Assembly: GCA_035470785.1 (NCBI GenBank)
Contig: DATIQN010000006.1
Location: 11,111-75,110, forward strand
DNA length: 64,000 nucleotides
Reading direction: 5' to 3'
Origin: Croceibacterium sp.
GTDB lineage: Bacteria; Pseudomonadota; Alphaproteobacteria; Sphingomonadales; Sphingomonadaceae
Shown: piece by piece, positions 30,154-39,716 of the stretch
Layout of the letters: each line of letters opens with the position of its first letter
How positions within the stretch are numbered: the first letter of the stretch is position 1
The notes under the pieces: model-generated
The model's database searches: none
What the model saw: the letters and a program-made list of their open reading frames with translations, nothing else
What the model was told of the DNA's origin: nothing
Position numbers and translations under genes: made by a program

Positions 30154-30771
30154 ATGGGTCTTACAGCCGAACAACTGCATGGGGGGCTCGAGACAGTCGC
30201 GAAGCGCGACCCAGCGATCGCCCGCGCGCTCAAGCTGGCCGGACATCCCGAACCGCGCATCCGCGACCGGGGCTACCGCACCTTGCTGCGCACGATTGTC
30301 GGCCAGCAGGTCAGCGTCGCCGCCGCGTCGAGCATGTGGCGCAAGCTCGAGGCCGCGCTCGGCGAGGACATGCTGCCCGAGACGCTGCTCGCGGCCGACT
30401 TCGACAGCTTGCGCGCCTGCGGCCTGTCGCGCCAGAAGCAGGGCTACGCCCGGTCACTGTGCGAGTTGGTCGTCAGCGGCGAGCTCGACCTCGAGCAGCT
30501 GCCGACCGACGACGAGGAAGCAATTGTCCAGCTCACCCGCATCAAGGGCATCGGCCGCTGGTCGGCGGAGATCTACCTGCTGTTTGCCGAAGGGCGGCCC
30601 GACATCTGGCCGGCCGGCGACCTGGCGGTGCAAGCTGGTATCGGCCGGATCATGGGCATGGCCGAGCGTCCATCGGAGAAGGAAGTCCGAGCGCTCGCAG
30701 AAGCCTGGCGGCCGCACCGCGGCGCCGTCGCGATCCTCACCTGGCATTGCTACAACAACGCGGCGCTCTAA
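30154..30771 (+). CDS. DNA-3-methyladenine glycosylase II (HhH-GPD family, AlkA-like)
   Basis: HhH-GPD core (LLRTIVGQQVSVAAASSMWRKL, IKGIGRWSAEIYLLF, PAGDLAV). The ATG at 30154 is preceded by GGAG-N5. The ORF-track start at 30136 is a TTG. Confidence 0.85.
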   Translation: MGLTAEQLHGGLETVAKRDPAIARALKLAGHPEPRIRDRGYRTLLRTIVGQQVSVAAASSMWRKLEAALGEDMLPETLLAADFDSLRACGLSRQKQGYARSLCELVVSGELDLEQLPTDDEEAIVQLTRIKGIGRWSAEIYLLFAEGRPDIWPAGDLAVQAGIGRIMGMAERPSEKEVRALAEAWRPHRGAVAILTWHCYNNAAL

Positions 30772-30835
30772 ATCACGCTTGTGCCGCGCTCAGGCGACGG
30801 TGTATTGCACGTATAACACGGTCGCAGGAGACCCC

Positions 30836-32758
30836 ATGACCCAAGTTCCCTTGATCACGCGCGAAGCGCTGTTCGGCAATCCTGTGCGCAGTGGCGGCGT
30901 CATCAGCCCCGACGGCAAGTGGCTCGGATGGATGGCGCCGCACGAAGGCGTGATGAACGTGTTCGTCGCCCTGTACGACAAACCCGGCGAGACACGCCGG
31001 ATGACCAGCGCCGCCGAGCGCCCGATCCCGTTCTTCTCCTTCACTCGCGATTCCAGGAGCGTGATCTACATCCAGGACAAGGCCGGCGACGAGAACTTCC
31101 TGCTCTATCAGGTCGACCTCGCCAGTGGCGCGGAACGCACCCTCACGCCCTTCGAGAACACCCGCGTTAGGGTGATCGGCGGTTCGCACACCATCCGCGA
31201 TAAGCTGCTCATCGGCCTCAACAACCGCAATGCGCAGTATCACGACGTCTATCTGCTGAACCTCACCACCGGCGCCCTCGACCTGGTAATGCAGAACGAT
31301 TCGTTCGTCAGCTTCCTTGCTGACGACACCCTCACCCTGCGCATCGCAATGCGACAGAATGACACAGGCGGGAGCGACATTTTCGCGATCGTCGGCGGCA
31401 AGGTTTCCCAGACGCCGCGCGACAGCATCACGCTCGAGGATTCGATGACCACCAGTCCGGCCGGATACACGACCGACGGCAAGACGCTCTACTGGATCGA
31501 CAGCCGCGAGCGCGACACTGCCGCGCTGATCGCCGAGGACACAGCAACCGGCGCCAAGACGGCCATCGCCGAAGATGCCAAGGCCGATATCGGCGGCACG
31601 TTGCGCGATCCGGTAACCGGCGTGGTCGAGGCGTTTTCTGTCAACTACCTCAAGACCGAATGGACCGCGCTGAAACCCGAGATCGGCCAGGCGCTCGCGT
31701 TCCTGCGCGAACGGCTCGACGGCGAGTTCGGTGTCCAGTCGCGCAACGAGGCCGACGACAAGTGGCTGGTGTGGCACGACCCGCTGACCGGCCCGACACG
31801 GGCCCTGCTCTACGACCGCACGGCCGGAACGCTCGAGGAGTTCTATGTTACTCGACCGGAGCTCGAAGGCGCGCCGCTGCAGGCGATGCATCCTCTCGAA
31901 ATTCCATCGCGAGATGGCCTGACGCTGGTCAGCTACCTCACGCTGCCGCCGGGTAGCAATCCGGACGGCGACGGCCGGCCCGACAGCCCCGTGCCTATGG
32001 TCCTGCTCGTCCATGGCGGTCCGTGGGCGCGCGACGGATACGGCTTCAACCGCATGCACCAGCTGCTCGCCAACCGCGGCTACGCGGTGCTGTCGGTCAA
32101 CTTCCGCGGGTCGACCGGCTTCGGCAAGGCGTTCATCAACGCCGGCAACCTCGAATGGGGCGCCAAGATGCATGACGACCTGATCGACTCCGTCGACTGG
32201 GCGGTGGCGCGGGGCATCGCGCAAAAGGACAAGGTCGCGATCATGGGCGGCAGCTATGGCGGGTACGCCACGCTCGCCGGCCTCACCTTCACGCCCGAGG
32301 TATTCGCCTGCGGTGTCGACATCGTCGGCCCGTCGAACCTCGAAACGCTGCTCGGGACGATCCCGCCGTACTGGGCGCCGATGGTCAAGCAGTTCCACGA
32401 GCGGATGGGCAATCCGAACACGCCCGTGGGCCTGCAGCTGCTCAAGGACCGCAGCCCGCTGTACAAGGCCGACAAAATCTGCCGCCCGCTGTTGATAGCG
32501 CAGGGCGCGAACGACCCGCGGGTCAAGCAGAGCGAGAGCGACCAGATCGTCGCGGCGATGGAGAAGCACAAGATTCCGGTGACCTACGTCGTGTTCCCCG
32601 ACGAAGGACACGGCTTCGCGCGACCCGAGAACAACATCGCCTTCACCGCGATCACCGAGGCTTTCCTGGCGACGGAGCTCGGCGGGCGGGCCGAACCGTT
32701 GGGCGGCGACGTCGAAAAGTCGACGGCGCAAATCAAGACCGGCGCGGAGCTGGTCTAG
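30836..32758 (+). CDS. S9 family serine peptidase (prolyl oligopeptidase/dipeptidyl aminopeptidase-like)
   Basis: Start taken at ATG 30836, preceded by AGGAG (30826-30830). There is an N-terminal beta-propeller and a C-terminal alpha/beta hydrolase with the nucleophile elbow GGSYGGY. The Asp and His of the triad region are present (AQGANDPRV, EGHGF). The 859-aa ORF-track version is a 5' extension through alkA in another frame. Confidence 0.9.
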   Translation: MTQVPLITREALFGNPVRSGGVISPDGKWLGWMAPHEGVMNVFVALYDKPGETRRMTSAAERPIPFFSFTRDSRSVIYIQDKAGDENFLLYQVDLASGAERTLTPFENTRVRVIGGSHTIRDKLLIGLNNRNAQYHDVYLLNLTTGALDLVMQNDSFVSFLADDTLTLRIAMRQNDTGGSDIFAIVGGKVSQTPRDSITLEDSMTTSPAGYTTDGKTLYWIDSRERDTAALIAEDTATGAKTAIAEDAKADIGGTLRDPVTGVVEAFSVNYLKTEWTALKPEIGQALAFLRERLDGEFGVQSRNEADDKWLVWHDPLTGPTRALLYDRTAGTLEEFYVTRPELEGAPLQAMHPLEIPSRDGLTLVSYLTLPPGSNPDGDGRPDSPVPMVLLVHGGPWARDGYGFNRMHQLLANRGYAVLSVNFRGSTGFGKAFINAGNLEWGAKMHDDLIDSVDWAVARGIAQKDKVAIMGGSYGGYATLAGLTFTPEVFACGVDIVGPSNLETLLGTIPPYWAPMVKQFHERMGNPNTPVGLQLLKDRSPLYKADKICRPLLIAQGANDPRVKQSESDQIVAAMEKHKIPVTYVVFPDEGHGFARPENNIAFTAITEAFLATELGGRAEPLGGDVEKSTAQIKTGAELV

Positions 32759-32760
32759 CC

Positions 32761-33636
32761 ATGCGCACAGTCGCCAGCGTCCATGCTGCCTATCGCGACG
32801 ACATCGCCGATCTCGTCACGCGCCGTCCGGTGCCGGGGCCCGGACTGCCGCAGGTCGATCCGTTCCTCTTCCTCAACCACCACGGCCCACAGACATATCC
32901 GCCGGGCAATGGCGGGTTGCCGTTCGGGCCGCACCCGCATCGCGGGTTCGAGACGGTGACCTTCATCCTCGAGGGCACGCTCGCCCACTACGACAGCGGC
33001 GGGCACGAAAGCGTGATCGAGGCCGGCGGGGTGCAATGGATGACCGCCGGTTCGGGCCTGGTGCACGCGGAAGTCTCGCCGCCGGAGTTCAAGCGCGACG
33101 GCGGCCCGCTGGAGATTCTCCAGTTGTGGGTCAACCTGCCCGGGCGGCTGAAAATGACCAGTCCGCGCTACTCCGGGGTGCAGAAGGAGGCGATTCCGGC
33201 CGTGCCCCTGGCCGGCGGCGCGGGCGAGCTGGAGCTGGTTTCGGGCAAGTTTGAAGGCGCTGAAGGGCCGATCCATCCTCTCACCGGCGTCTTTATGTCG
33301 GTCGTGCGGCTAACTCCCGGCGGCCGCGCCGAGCTTCCCGCACCGCGCGGGCGATCCGTGTTCCTCTACCTAGCGCGCGGGAGCGTATCGGTCGGCGATG
33401 TCGCAGTCCAACAATGGCATTTGGTGACGCTCACCGACGACGGCGACAGCGTCTCGATCACGGCAGGAGAGAACGGAGCCTTGCTCCTGTTCGGCCATGC
33501 CGAGCCGATCGGCGAGCCCGTTGTCGCGCACGGCCCGTTCGTCATGAACAGCGAGGCGGAAATTCGCCAGGCGATCATCGACTATCAGGCAGGCACCTTC
33601 CAAGGCGACGGCAAGCTGGTGGAAGTCGGGCGGTAA
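32761..33636 (+). CDS. pirin family protein
   Basis: Bicupin with the metal-binding motif PHPHRGFETVTFILEG...H...E (GLVHAE). Confidence 0.92.
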   Translation: MRTVASVHAAYRDDIADLVTRRPVPGPGLPQVDPFLFLNHHGPQTYPPGNGGLPFGPHPHRGFETVTFILEGTLAHYDSGGHESVIEAGGVQWMTAGSGLVHAEVSPPEFKRDGGPLEILQLWVNLPGRLKMTSPRYSGVQKEAIPAVPLAGGAGELELVSGKFEGAEGPIHPLTGVFMSVVRLTPGGRAELPAPRGRSVFLYLARGSVSVGDVAVQQWHLVTLTDDGDSVSITAGENGALLLFGHAEPIGEPVVAHGPFVMNSEAEIRQAIIDYQAGTFQGDGKLVEVGR

Positions 33637-33652
33637 CGGGGGATAAGCGTCA

Positions 33653-34468
33653 ATGGCACTGCGCAAGACGATCTTCGTCACCGGTGGCGGCTCGGGCATC
33701 GGCCGGGCGATCGCGATCCGCTTCGCCCACGCCGGCTGGTTCGTCGGACTGGGCGATATCAACGAGGCGGGCATGGCGGAAACCGAGGCGCTCATGCCCG
33801 GCGGGTTCGCCTATTGCCACAAGTTCGACGTTGCCGACCGCGCGGCGTGGGACGAGGCGCTGCGCATCGTTTCGGTCGCGGCGGGCGGCAAGATCGACGT
33901 GGTCGCCAACAACGCCGGCATCTCGCTCGGCGGACCGCTCGAAGAATACGAGCAGGACGAAATCGACCGCATCCTCGACGTCAACCTCAAGGGCGTGATC
34001 TACGGCGCCCAGGCCGCCTACCCCTACCTCAAGGCGAGCGCGCCCGGCTCGTGCCTGATCAACACCGCCAGCGCGGCGGCGCTCTACGGCATGGCCAACC
34101 AGTCGCTCTATGGCGCCACCAAGGCGGCCGTGCGCTCGCTGACCGAATCGCTCGACGCCGAGTGGGCGCCAGAGGGCATCCGCGTGCGCTCGCTGATGCC
34201 GAGCTTCATCGACACCCCGCTGCTGCAGAACACGCCGAACCGCAAGCGCAACGCGGTGATCCGCGACGCCGTGGTTGAGGCCGGCCTGGAATTCACCCCG
34301 GTGGAGGAAGTGGCCGAGGCAGCGTGGCAGGCGGTGACCGGTTACAAGCTGCATTACCTGATCGGCAAGACCGCGCGCCGGTTGCGGTTCATCGCCAAAT
34401 GGATGCCCGGCAAGCTCCGCAACCGCGCCCGCCTGCTGGCCAAGGCGCACGAGCGGACGGCGCGCTAG
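33653..34468 (+). CDS. SDR family oxidoreductase
   Basis: Motifs [12 protein letters not shown] and NNAG, with the catalytic YGATK. Confidence 0.9.
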   Translation: MALRKTIFVTGGGSGIGRAIAIRFAHAGWFVGLGDINEAGMAETEALMPGGFAYCHKFDVADRAAWDEALRIVSVAAGGKIDVVANNAGISLGGPLEEYEQDEIDRILDVNLKGVIYGAQAAYPYLKASAPGSCLINTASAAALYGMANQSLYGATKAAVRSLTESLDAEWAPEGIRVRSLMPSFIDTPLLQNTPNRKRNAVIRDAVVEAGLEFTPVEEVAEAAWQAVTGYKLHYLIGKTARRLRFIAKWMPGKLRNRARLLAKAHERTAR

Positions 34469-34755
34469 AGCAGCGCGTCGATCGCCCCGGCCATGTCGAC
34501 GTCGCGCTGCGACAGGCCGCCGGCGTCGTGCGTGGTCAAGGTGATCTCGACCCAGTTGTAGACGTTCGCCCACTCGGGATGATGGTCGCGTTTCTCGGCG
34601 ATCAGCGCGACGCGGGCCATGAAGGCGAAAGCCTCGCTGAAATCGGCGAACTTGTAGCGGCGGACGATGGCGAGCTTGTCGTCGCGCAGGGTCCATTCGG
34701 GCAGTCCGGCGAGCGCCCACTCGCGCTCCTTCTCGGTCAGTTGCGGCACGGGCAT
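34465..34755 (-). CDS. 4a-hydroxytetrahydrobiopterin dehydratase (PCD/DCoH)
   Basis: 96 aa with the DHHPEW motif and a typical PCD length and sequence ([31 protein letters not shown]). Confidence 0.92.
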   Translation of the reverse strand: MPVPQLTEKEREWALAGLPEWTLRDDKLAIVRRYKFADFSEAFAFMARVALIAEKRDHHPEWANVYNWVEITLTTHDAGGLSQRDVDMAGAIDALL

Positions 34756-34808
34756 GACTCACCTCGCTTGCTTGTCGCTCAACCTTCCTTGGCCTAACGC
34801 TCGCGCGG

Positions 34809-35384
34809 ATGGAAGGGTGCAGCCTCGCCGTGAACGACCTCGCCTGCCGCCGCGGCGACAGGGTGCTGTTCCGCGCCCTGTCGTTCGAACTGATGGGCGG
34901 CGAGGCGCTGCAGGTTGTCGGACCGAACGGTACCGGCAAATCGAGCCTGCTCAGGATCCTCGCCGGGCTGCTCGGGCCGTTCGCGGGAACAGTCGAGCGG
35001 AGCGGCGCCATCGGCCTGGTCGACGAGCGCCCGGCGCTCGACGAGCATTTGCCGCTCGGGCGGGCGCTGGACTTCTGGGCGCATGTCGATGCGACCTCCG
35101 CGCCCGTGCCCGACCTCGGCCTCGACAGCCTGCTGGATATACCGGTGCGCTTCCTGTCGACCGGCCAGCGCAAGCGTGCCGCGCTCGCCCGGCTGATCCG
35201 CCAACAGGCGTCGGTGTGGCTGCTAGACGAGCCGCTCAACGGTCTCGATGCCGAGGCCGCGCGATCGTGCGAAGCGCTGGTGGCAGACCATTGCGTGCGC
35301 GGCGGGCTGGCGGTGGTCGCCTCGCACCAGCCGTTCGCCCTCCCCGGCCTTCGCCCCATCGCCATCTCGGACTTCGCGTCGTGA
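34809..35384 (+). CDS. ccmA: heme exporter ATP-binding protein CcmA
   Basis: Walker A GPNGTGKSS, ABC signature LSTGQRKR and Walker B WLLDEP. The short (191 aa) length is typical of CcmA, and ccmB follows. Confidence 0.9.
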   Translation: MEGCSLAVNDLACRRGDRVLFRALSFELMGGEALQVVGPNGTGKSSLLRILAGLLGPFAGTVERSGAIGLVDERPALDEHLPLGRALDFWAHVDATSAPVPDLGLDSLLDIPVRFLSTGQRKRAALARLIRQQASVWLLDEPLNGLDAEAARSCEALVADHCVRGGLAVVASHQPFALPGLRPIAISDFAS

Positions 35385-36040
35385 GCGGCCTCGGGGCGAT
35401 CCTTCGCCGCGACCTCGCGCAGATGTTCGGCGGCGGAAGGCGCGGCGGGGCGATCCTGCCGGTGCTGTTCTTCATTGCGACCGCGATGCTGTTCCCGTTC
35501 GCGGTCGGTCCCGACCCTGTGCTGCTGGCGCGCGCCGGCGGCGGGATCATCTGGGTCGCCGCGCTGCTCGCCGCGATCCTGCCATTGGACCGCCTGCTCG
35601 CTCCCGATCTTGAGCAGGGCATGTTCGACCAGTTCGCCGTGCGGGGGATCGCCGAGGAAGCGGTCGTCGCGGTGCGCCTGCTCGCCCACTGGCTGAGCTT
35701 CGGCCCGCCGCTGATGCTCGCCGCCCTCCCCGCCGCCGCGCTGCTCGGGCTTCACGCTGATACGCTGCGCACCGTCGAGTGGGGCCTGCTGGCGGGCACG
35801 CCCGGCTTGGCCGCAATCGGCCTGATCATCGCCGCGCTGACCGTCTCGCTGCGCGCCGGAGCGGCGCTTGCCGGCCTGCTTCTCATCCCGCTCGCCGTGC
35901 CGCTGCTGATCTTCGGCGCCGGCGCGCTTTCGACCGGCGGCCAGAGCGGCCTCGCCCTCACCGCCGCAATCAGCCTGCTGCTATGCGCGATTACGCCGTT
36001 CGCCGGAGGTGCGGCGATCCGGGCCGCGAGAGAGGGCTAA
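35381..36040 (+). CDS. ccmB: heme exporter membrane protein CcmB
   Basis: Start taken at GTG 35381, a GTGA overlap with the ccmA stop. The product is 219 aa with six TM segments and CcmB-like motifs (FPFAVGPD, LLAPDLEQG). The 457-aa ORF-track version is a 5' extension. Confidence 0.88.
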   Translation: MSGLGAILRRDLAQMFGGGRRGGAILPVLFFIATAMLFPFAVGPDPVLLARAGGGIIWVAALLAAILPLDRLLAPDLEQGMFDQFAVRGIAEEAVVAVRLLAHWLSFGPPLMLAALPAAALLGLHADTLRTVEWGLLAGTPGLAAIGLIIAALTVSLRAGAALAGLLLIPLAVPLLIFGAGALSTGGQSGLALTAAISLLLCAITPFAGGAAIRAAREG

Positions 36041-36507
36041 CCCTTTCGCACCATCACGACCCCAACGATGACAAGCCCTGCCCCCAGCACCTTGACCAAG
36101 CTGACCGGATCTCGAGGCAAGCCGAGCGCACCGAAGTGGTCGAGCACCACCGCCATCAGGATTTGTCCGGCGACGCCGATGGTGATCAGTGAGGCAAGGC
36201 CGATCCTCGGCGCCGCATAGGCAGCAACGGCGACGAACACTGCCCCGTAAAGGCCGCCGAACCAGGCGTAGTAAGGTATCCCCCTGAAAGCTCCGGCTGC
36301 CGGGTGCTGGCCGCTACCCATCCACACCACGAAGAGCGCCGCCGTTCCGACCGCGAACGAGATCAGCGCCGCCAGGACAGGCGACCCCCCGGCCTTTGCC
36401 AAGATGGAATTGGTGGGTGCCTGTACCGCGAGCAGGATGCCCGCGACGAACGCGAGAACAATCGGCAGGGCCAAGCCGGGGTTCACCCCGGAGCGCCCTT
36501 CCCGCAC
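36037..36507 (-). CDS. DMT superfamily transporter, YdcZ/DUF606-like
   Basis: Small five-TM protein (LAFVAGILLAVQAPTNSILA..., GGLYGAVFVAVAAYAAPRIG). The start is uncertain: GTG at 36507 or GTG at 36486. Confidence 0.75.
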   Translation of the reverse strand: MREGRSGVNPGLALPIVLAFVAGILLAVQAPTNSILAKAGGSPVLAALISFAVGTAALFVVWMGSGQHPAAGAFRGIPYYAWFGGLYGAVFVAVAAYAAPRIGLASLITIGVAGQILMAVVLDHFGALGLPRDPVSLVKVLGAGLVIVGVVMVRKG

Positions 36508-37344
36508 TTACACATAAGGGGGTTTATCCAACCCCTTCGGGCTCAGCGTGAAGATCTCGCAGCCCGTTTCGGTGATGCCGATCGAGTGCTCGAACTGCGC
36601 CGACAGACTCTTGTCGCGGGTCACTGCGGTCCAGCCGTCGGCGAGCAGCTTCACCCACGGCTTGCCGAGGTTGATCATAGGCTCGATGGTCATGAACATG
36701 CCCGGCTTGAGCTCTGGGCCAGTGCCGGCGGTGGCGGCGTGGACCACCTCGGGCGCGTCGTGGAACAGGCGGCCGAGGCCGTGGCCGCAGAACTCGCGCA
36801 CGACGCCGTAGCGCTGCGCCTCGGCATGCGCCTGGATCGCCGCGCCGATGTCGCCGAGCCGCGCGCCGGGCTTCGCCTGGGCGATGCCGAGCATCATGCA
36901 CTCATGCGTCACCTCGACCAACCGCTTGGCCCTCAGCGAGACGTCGCCGACGAGGTACATCCGGCTGGTGTCGCCGTGCCAGCCGTCTAGCAGCGGGGTC
37001 ACGTCGATGTTGACGATGTCCCCGTCCTTGAGCGTCTTGGGCGAAGGAATGCCGTGGCACACAACGTGGTTGATCGAGATGCAGCAGGAGTGCGCGTAAC
37101 CGCGATAGCCGAGCGTCGCCGGAACGGCCCCGCCGTCGAGCGTGATCTCGCGCACCACGCGGTCAAGCTCTTCGGTGCTCACACCAGGTTGCACGCGAGA
37201 GGCCATTTCGTCGAGGATTTCCGCCGCCAGCCGACCGGCCGCGCGCATGCCGTCGAAACCCTCGGGCCCGTGGAGCTTGATCGTGCCGTCGCGCAGGACG
37301 GTGTCGGCGGAGGTAACGTGCTGGTATTGCGTCATGCGCTCCAT
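36508..37344 (-). CDS. map: type I methionine aminopeptidase
   Basis: 278 aa with a pita-bread fold and the metal ligands in context (DIVNIDVT, GHGLG, EPM, EHS). ATG 37335 is an alternative start. Confidence 0.95.
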   Translation of the reverse strand: MERMTQYQHVTSADTVLRDGTIKLHGPEGFDGMRAAGRLAAEILDEMASRVQPGVSTEELDRVVREITLDGGAVPATLGYRGYAHSCCISINHVVCHGIPSPKTLKDGDIVNIDVTPLLDGWHGDTSRMYLVGDVSLRAKRLVEVTHECMMLGIAQAKPGARLGDIGAAIQAHAEAQRYGVVREFCGHGLGRLFHDAPEVVHAATAGTGPELKPGMFMTIEPMINLGKPWVKLLADGWTAVTRDKSLSAQFEHSIGITETGCEIFTLSPKGLDKPPYV

Positions 37345-37374
37345 GTAGCGATCCGATGCGAAAATTGCGAGGCG

Positions 37375-38205
37375 TCAGCGCCTGAGCGAGAAGGCGGGTC
37401 GATACGCCGGCTTCACGGTGTCGAGAACTGCCTGGTTCACGCCGAAGTTCAATTCATAGGCGCCCTCGGCATACGGCCCTGCCACGTAAGGCCCGAACCA
37501 CAAGCCGATGCGGTCGAAAGTCTTGCCGTTGGCCGAACCGACCAGCACCGTTGCCTCGTCGACGCCGACGCATTTGGCAAATTCGGCGATGACCTGCCCC
37601 TTGGGCTGCCCCTTGCGGCGCTTCGCCCGTTCGGCATCGAGCGCCTTGCATAGCTTGTCGCCCAGCGCTGCGGTGAGCGCCTTGGGCGAAGTGAACATCT
37701 CGACCGCCGGAAAGCCGCGCCCGACCTTCTTGTCCCATACCACTGTCTCGCGCCCGTAATTGCCGTGCGCGCCGCCGGTGTAAGTCGAGAAATCGCCCGT
37801 CAGGCTGAGCCAGTGGGGCAGGTTGGCGACCACCTTCCACTTCTCGGAGAAATAGTGCGGGTTATAGGGGAAGCCGTTGCTGTCGGATTCGGCTTTGCCC
37901 TTGTTGGCGTTGGCGATCAGGTCGCGCTTGCTCTTGTCGAGCTCGTCTTCGAGGCGCTGCGCGAGCGCGGGGATGTTCCCCGCCGCCGCGGGCCAGGAAT
38001 AGGCGAAGCTGTAAAGATCGTTGGTTTCCTTGACGTCGTTGGCGCCGCTTGGCGCGGCAGAAGCCGTCGGGGACGCGGTGGGCTGCGGAGTCGGCGGCTT
38101 GGCGCTGGCCGTTGCGCTCGGCTTCCCGCTCGGCGGCGATTGGCTACCGCCTTGGCAGCCTGCGATGGCGAGGCACAGGAGAGGCAACAACCGGCGACAC
38201 GACAT
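37375..38205 (-). CDS. lipoprotein with DUF3298/DUF4163-like domains
   Basis: Start taken at ATG 38205 (MSCRRLLPLLCLAIAGC, lipobox). The YTGGAHGNYG motif is typical of DUF3298. Confidence 0.72.
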   Translation of the reverse strand: MSCRRLLPLLCLAIAGCQGGSQSPPSGKPSATASAKPPTPQPTASPTASAAPSGANDVKETNDLYSFAYSWPAAAGNIPALAQRLEDELDKSKRDLIANANKGKAESDSNGFPYNPHYFSEKWKVVANLPHWLSLTGDFSTYTGGAHGNYGRETVVWDKKVGRGFPAVEMFTSPKALTAALGDKLCKALDAERAKRRKGQPKGQVIAEFAKCVGVDEATVLVGSANGKTFDRIGLWFGPYVAGPYAEGAYELNFGVNQAVLDTVKPAYRPAFSLRR

Positions 38206-38264
38206 TCGAAGACTCCGAACCAAAACATGTTGAGGGTCCGCAGCGCGGACCCTAGGAGCCGCTT

Positions 38265-39647
38265 ATGAGCGACAGAACCGACCTTATCCAGCCGGATCGC
38301 GGGCAGGAAGCGATCCCAATCCACCTTGTCAACAAGGATGGCTTTGAAAGCTGGGCCCGCGCGCTCAGCGGTCCGCAGCGAACTGCGCTCGCCGCGCAGA
38401 AGTTCGACGGCTCCGGTTACCAGGTCGGCATCGTGCCTGACGGGGAGAGCTGGTTCGCGGTGGGCGGAGTCGCCAACCCCGACGCGCTGTCGAACTGGTG
38501 TATGGCCAAGCTCGCCGAAGCGCTGCCCGCAGGCACTTATCGCCGCGTCGACGGCGAGCCCGGCGTTGCGCTCCACGGCTGGCAGACCGCGCAGTACCGC
38601 TTCACGCGCTATCTCGACGTGAAGGATGCCGAAGGCCCGCGCGTGCTGCTGACCAAGGAAGCCGGCCGGATCGTCGCCGCGGAGGCCGAGGCGCAAGCCT
38701 GTTTCCTGGTGCAGGACCTCGTCAACACTCCCGCTGAGGACATGGGGCCTGCCGAGCTCGAAGCGGCAGCCGAGGGGCTCGCGAAGCAGCAAGGAGCAAA
38801 GGTCAAGGTCACGCGCGGCGACGCGCTCGAGCAGGCATTCCCGATGGTCCACGCCGTCGGAAGGGCGGCCGGCCGCAGCCATGCGCCGCGGATGATCGAG
38901 CTCGATTGGGGCGACGCAAAGGCGCCCCGGCTGGCGATCATCGGCAAGGGGGTGTGCTTCGATTCGGGCGGGCTCGACATCAAGCCCTCGGCGGGCATGC
39001 TGCTGATGAAGAAGGACATGGGCGGCGCGGCGCATGCGTTGGCGCTCGCAGGCCTGGTCATGGGGGCCGGCATGAAGGTGCGGCTGCAGGTGCTCATTCC
39101 CGCGGTCGAGAATGCCGTCTCCGGAAATGCCTTCCGCCCCGGCGACGTGCTCAAGAGCCGCAAGGGCCTCACGGTCGAGATCGGCAACACCGATGCGGAA
39201 GGCCGGCTGGTCCTCGCCGACGCGCTAGCGCTCGCAAGCGAAGGCAATCCCGACCTGATCATCGATTTCGCCACCCTCACCGGCGCCGCCCGGGTCGCCC
39301 TAGGACCCGACCTGCCGGCGCTGTTCACCCGCGAGGACGCCACCGCCGAAGCGCTGTTCGCCGCAGGGAAGGAAAGCGACGATCCGGTCTGGCGCCTGCC
39401 CCTTCACGAGCCCTACGCCGAATGGCTCAAGTCCGACATCGCCGACACCAACAACGCGCATGCCAACGCCTTTGCCGGCTCGACGGTTGCCGCGCTATTC
39501 CTCGACAAGTTCGTCGGCGAAGGCATCGACTGGGCGCATTTCGACACCTTTGCCTGGCGGCCGAACGCCAAGCCGGGGCGGCCAAAGGGCGGAGCCGCGC
39601 TCGGCTTGCGCGCTTCGTGGACGATGCTCAGGCAGCGCTTTGGTTAA
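38265..39647 (+). CDS. M17 family leucyl aminopeptidase
   Basis: AGGAG lies 7 nt upstream of the ATG. The M17 signature NTDAEGRL and the motifs GKGVCFDSGGLDIKP and MKKDMGGAA are present. Confidence 0.93.
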   Translation: MSDRTDLIQPDRGQEAIPIHLVNKDGFESWARALSGPQRTALAAQKFDGSGYQVGIVPDGESWFAVGGVANPDALSNWCMAKLAEALPAGTYRRVDGEPGVALHGWQTAQYRFTRYLDVKDAEGPRVLLTKEAGRIVAAEAEAQACFLVQDLVNTPAEDMGPAELEAAAEGLAKQQGAKVKVTRGDALEQAFPMVHAVGRAAGRSHAPRMIELDWGDAKAPRLAIIGKGVCFDSGGLDIKPSAGMLLMKKDMGGAAHALALAGLVMGAGMKVRLQVLIPAVENAVSGNAFRPGDVLKSRKGLTVEIGNTDAEGRLVLADALALASEGNPDLIIDFATLTGAARVALGPDLPALFTREDATAEALFAAGKESDDPVWRLPLHEPYAEWLKSDIADTNNAHANAFAGSTVAALFLDKFVGEGIDWAHFDTFAWRPNAKPGRPKGGAALGLRASWTMLRQRFG

Positions 39648-39716
39648 GGCGCGCGGAGCGCCCTGCTTGCCCCTGGTGCAGCGGCAGTCTAAGCGCCGCG
39701 TCCAAGCGAGAAACCG

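Noticed and set aside
30773-32731. 652-aa ORF on the minus strand
   Set aside because: It is entirely antisense to the well-supported S9 peptidase gene. The product is Arg/Ala/Gly-rich with no recognisable motifs. This is a typical stop-codon-poor antisense frame of high-GC DNA.
33650-35755. 701-aa ORF on the minus strand
   Set aside because: It spans four independently supported genes: the SDR, PCD (same strand, other frame), ccmA and ccmB. The composition is Arg/Gly/Ala-rich low complexity. It is a GC artefact.
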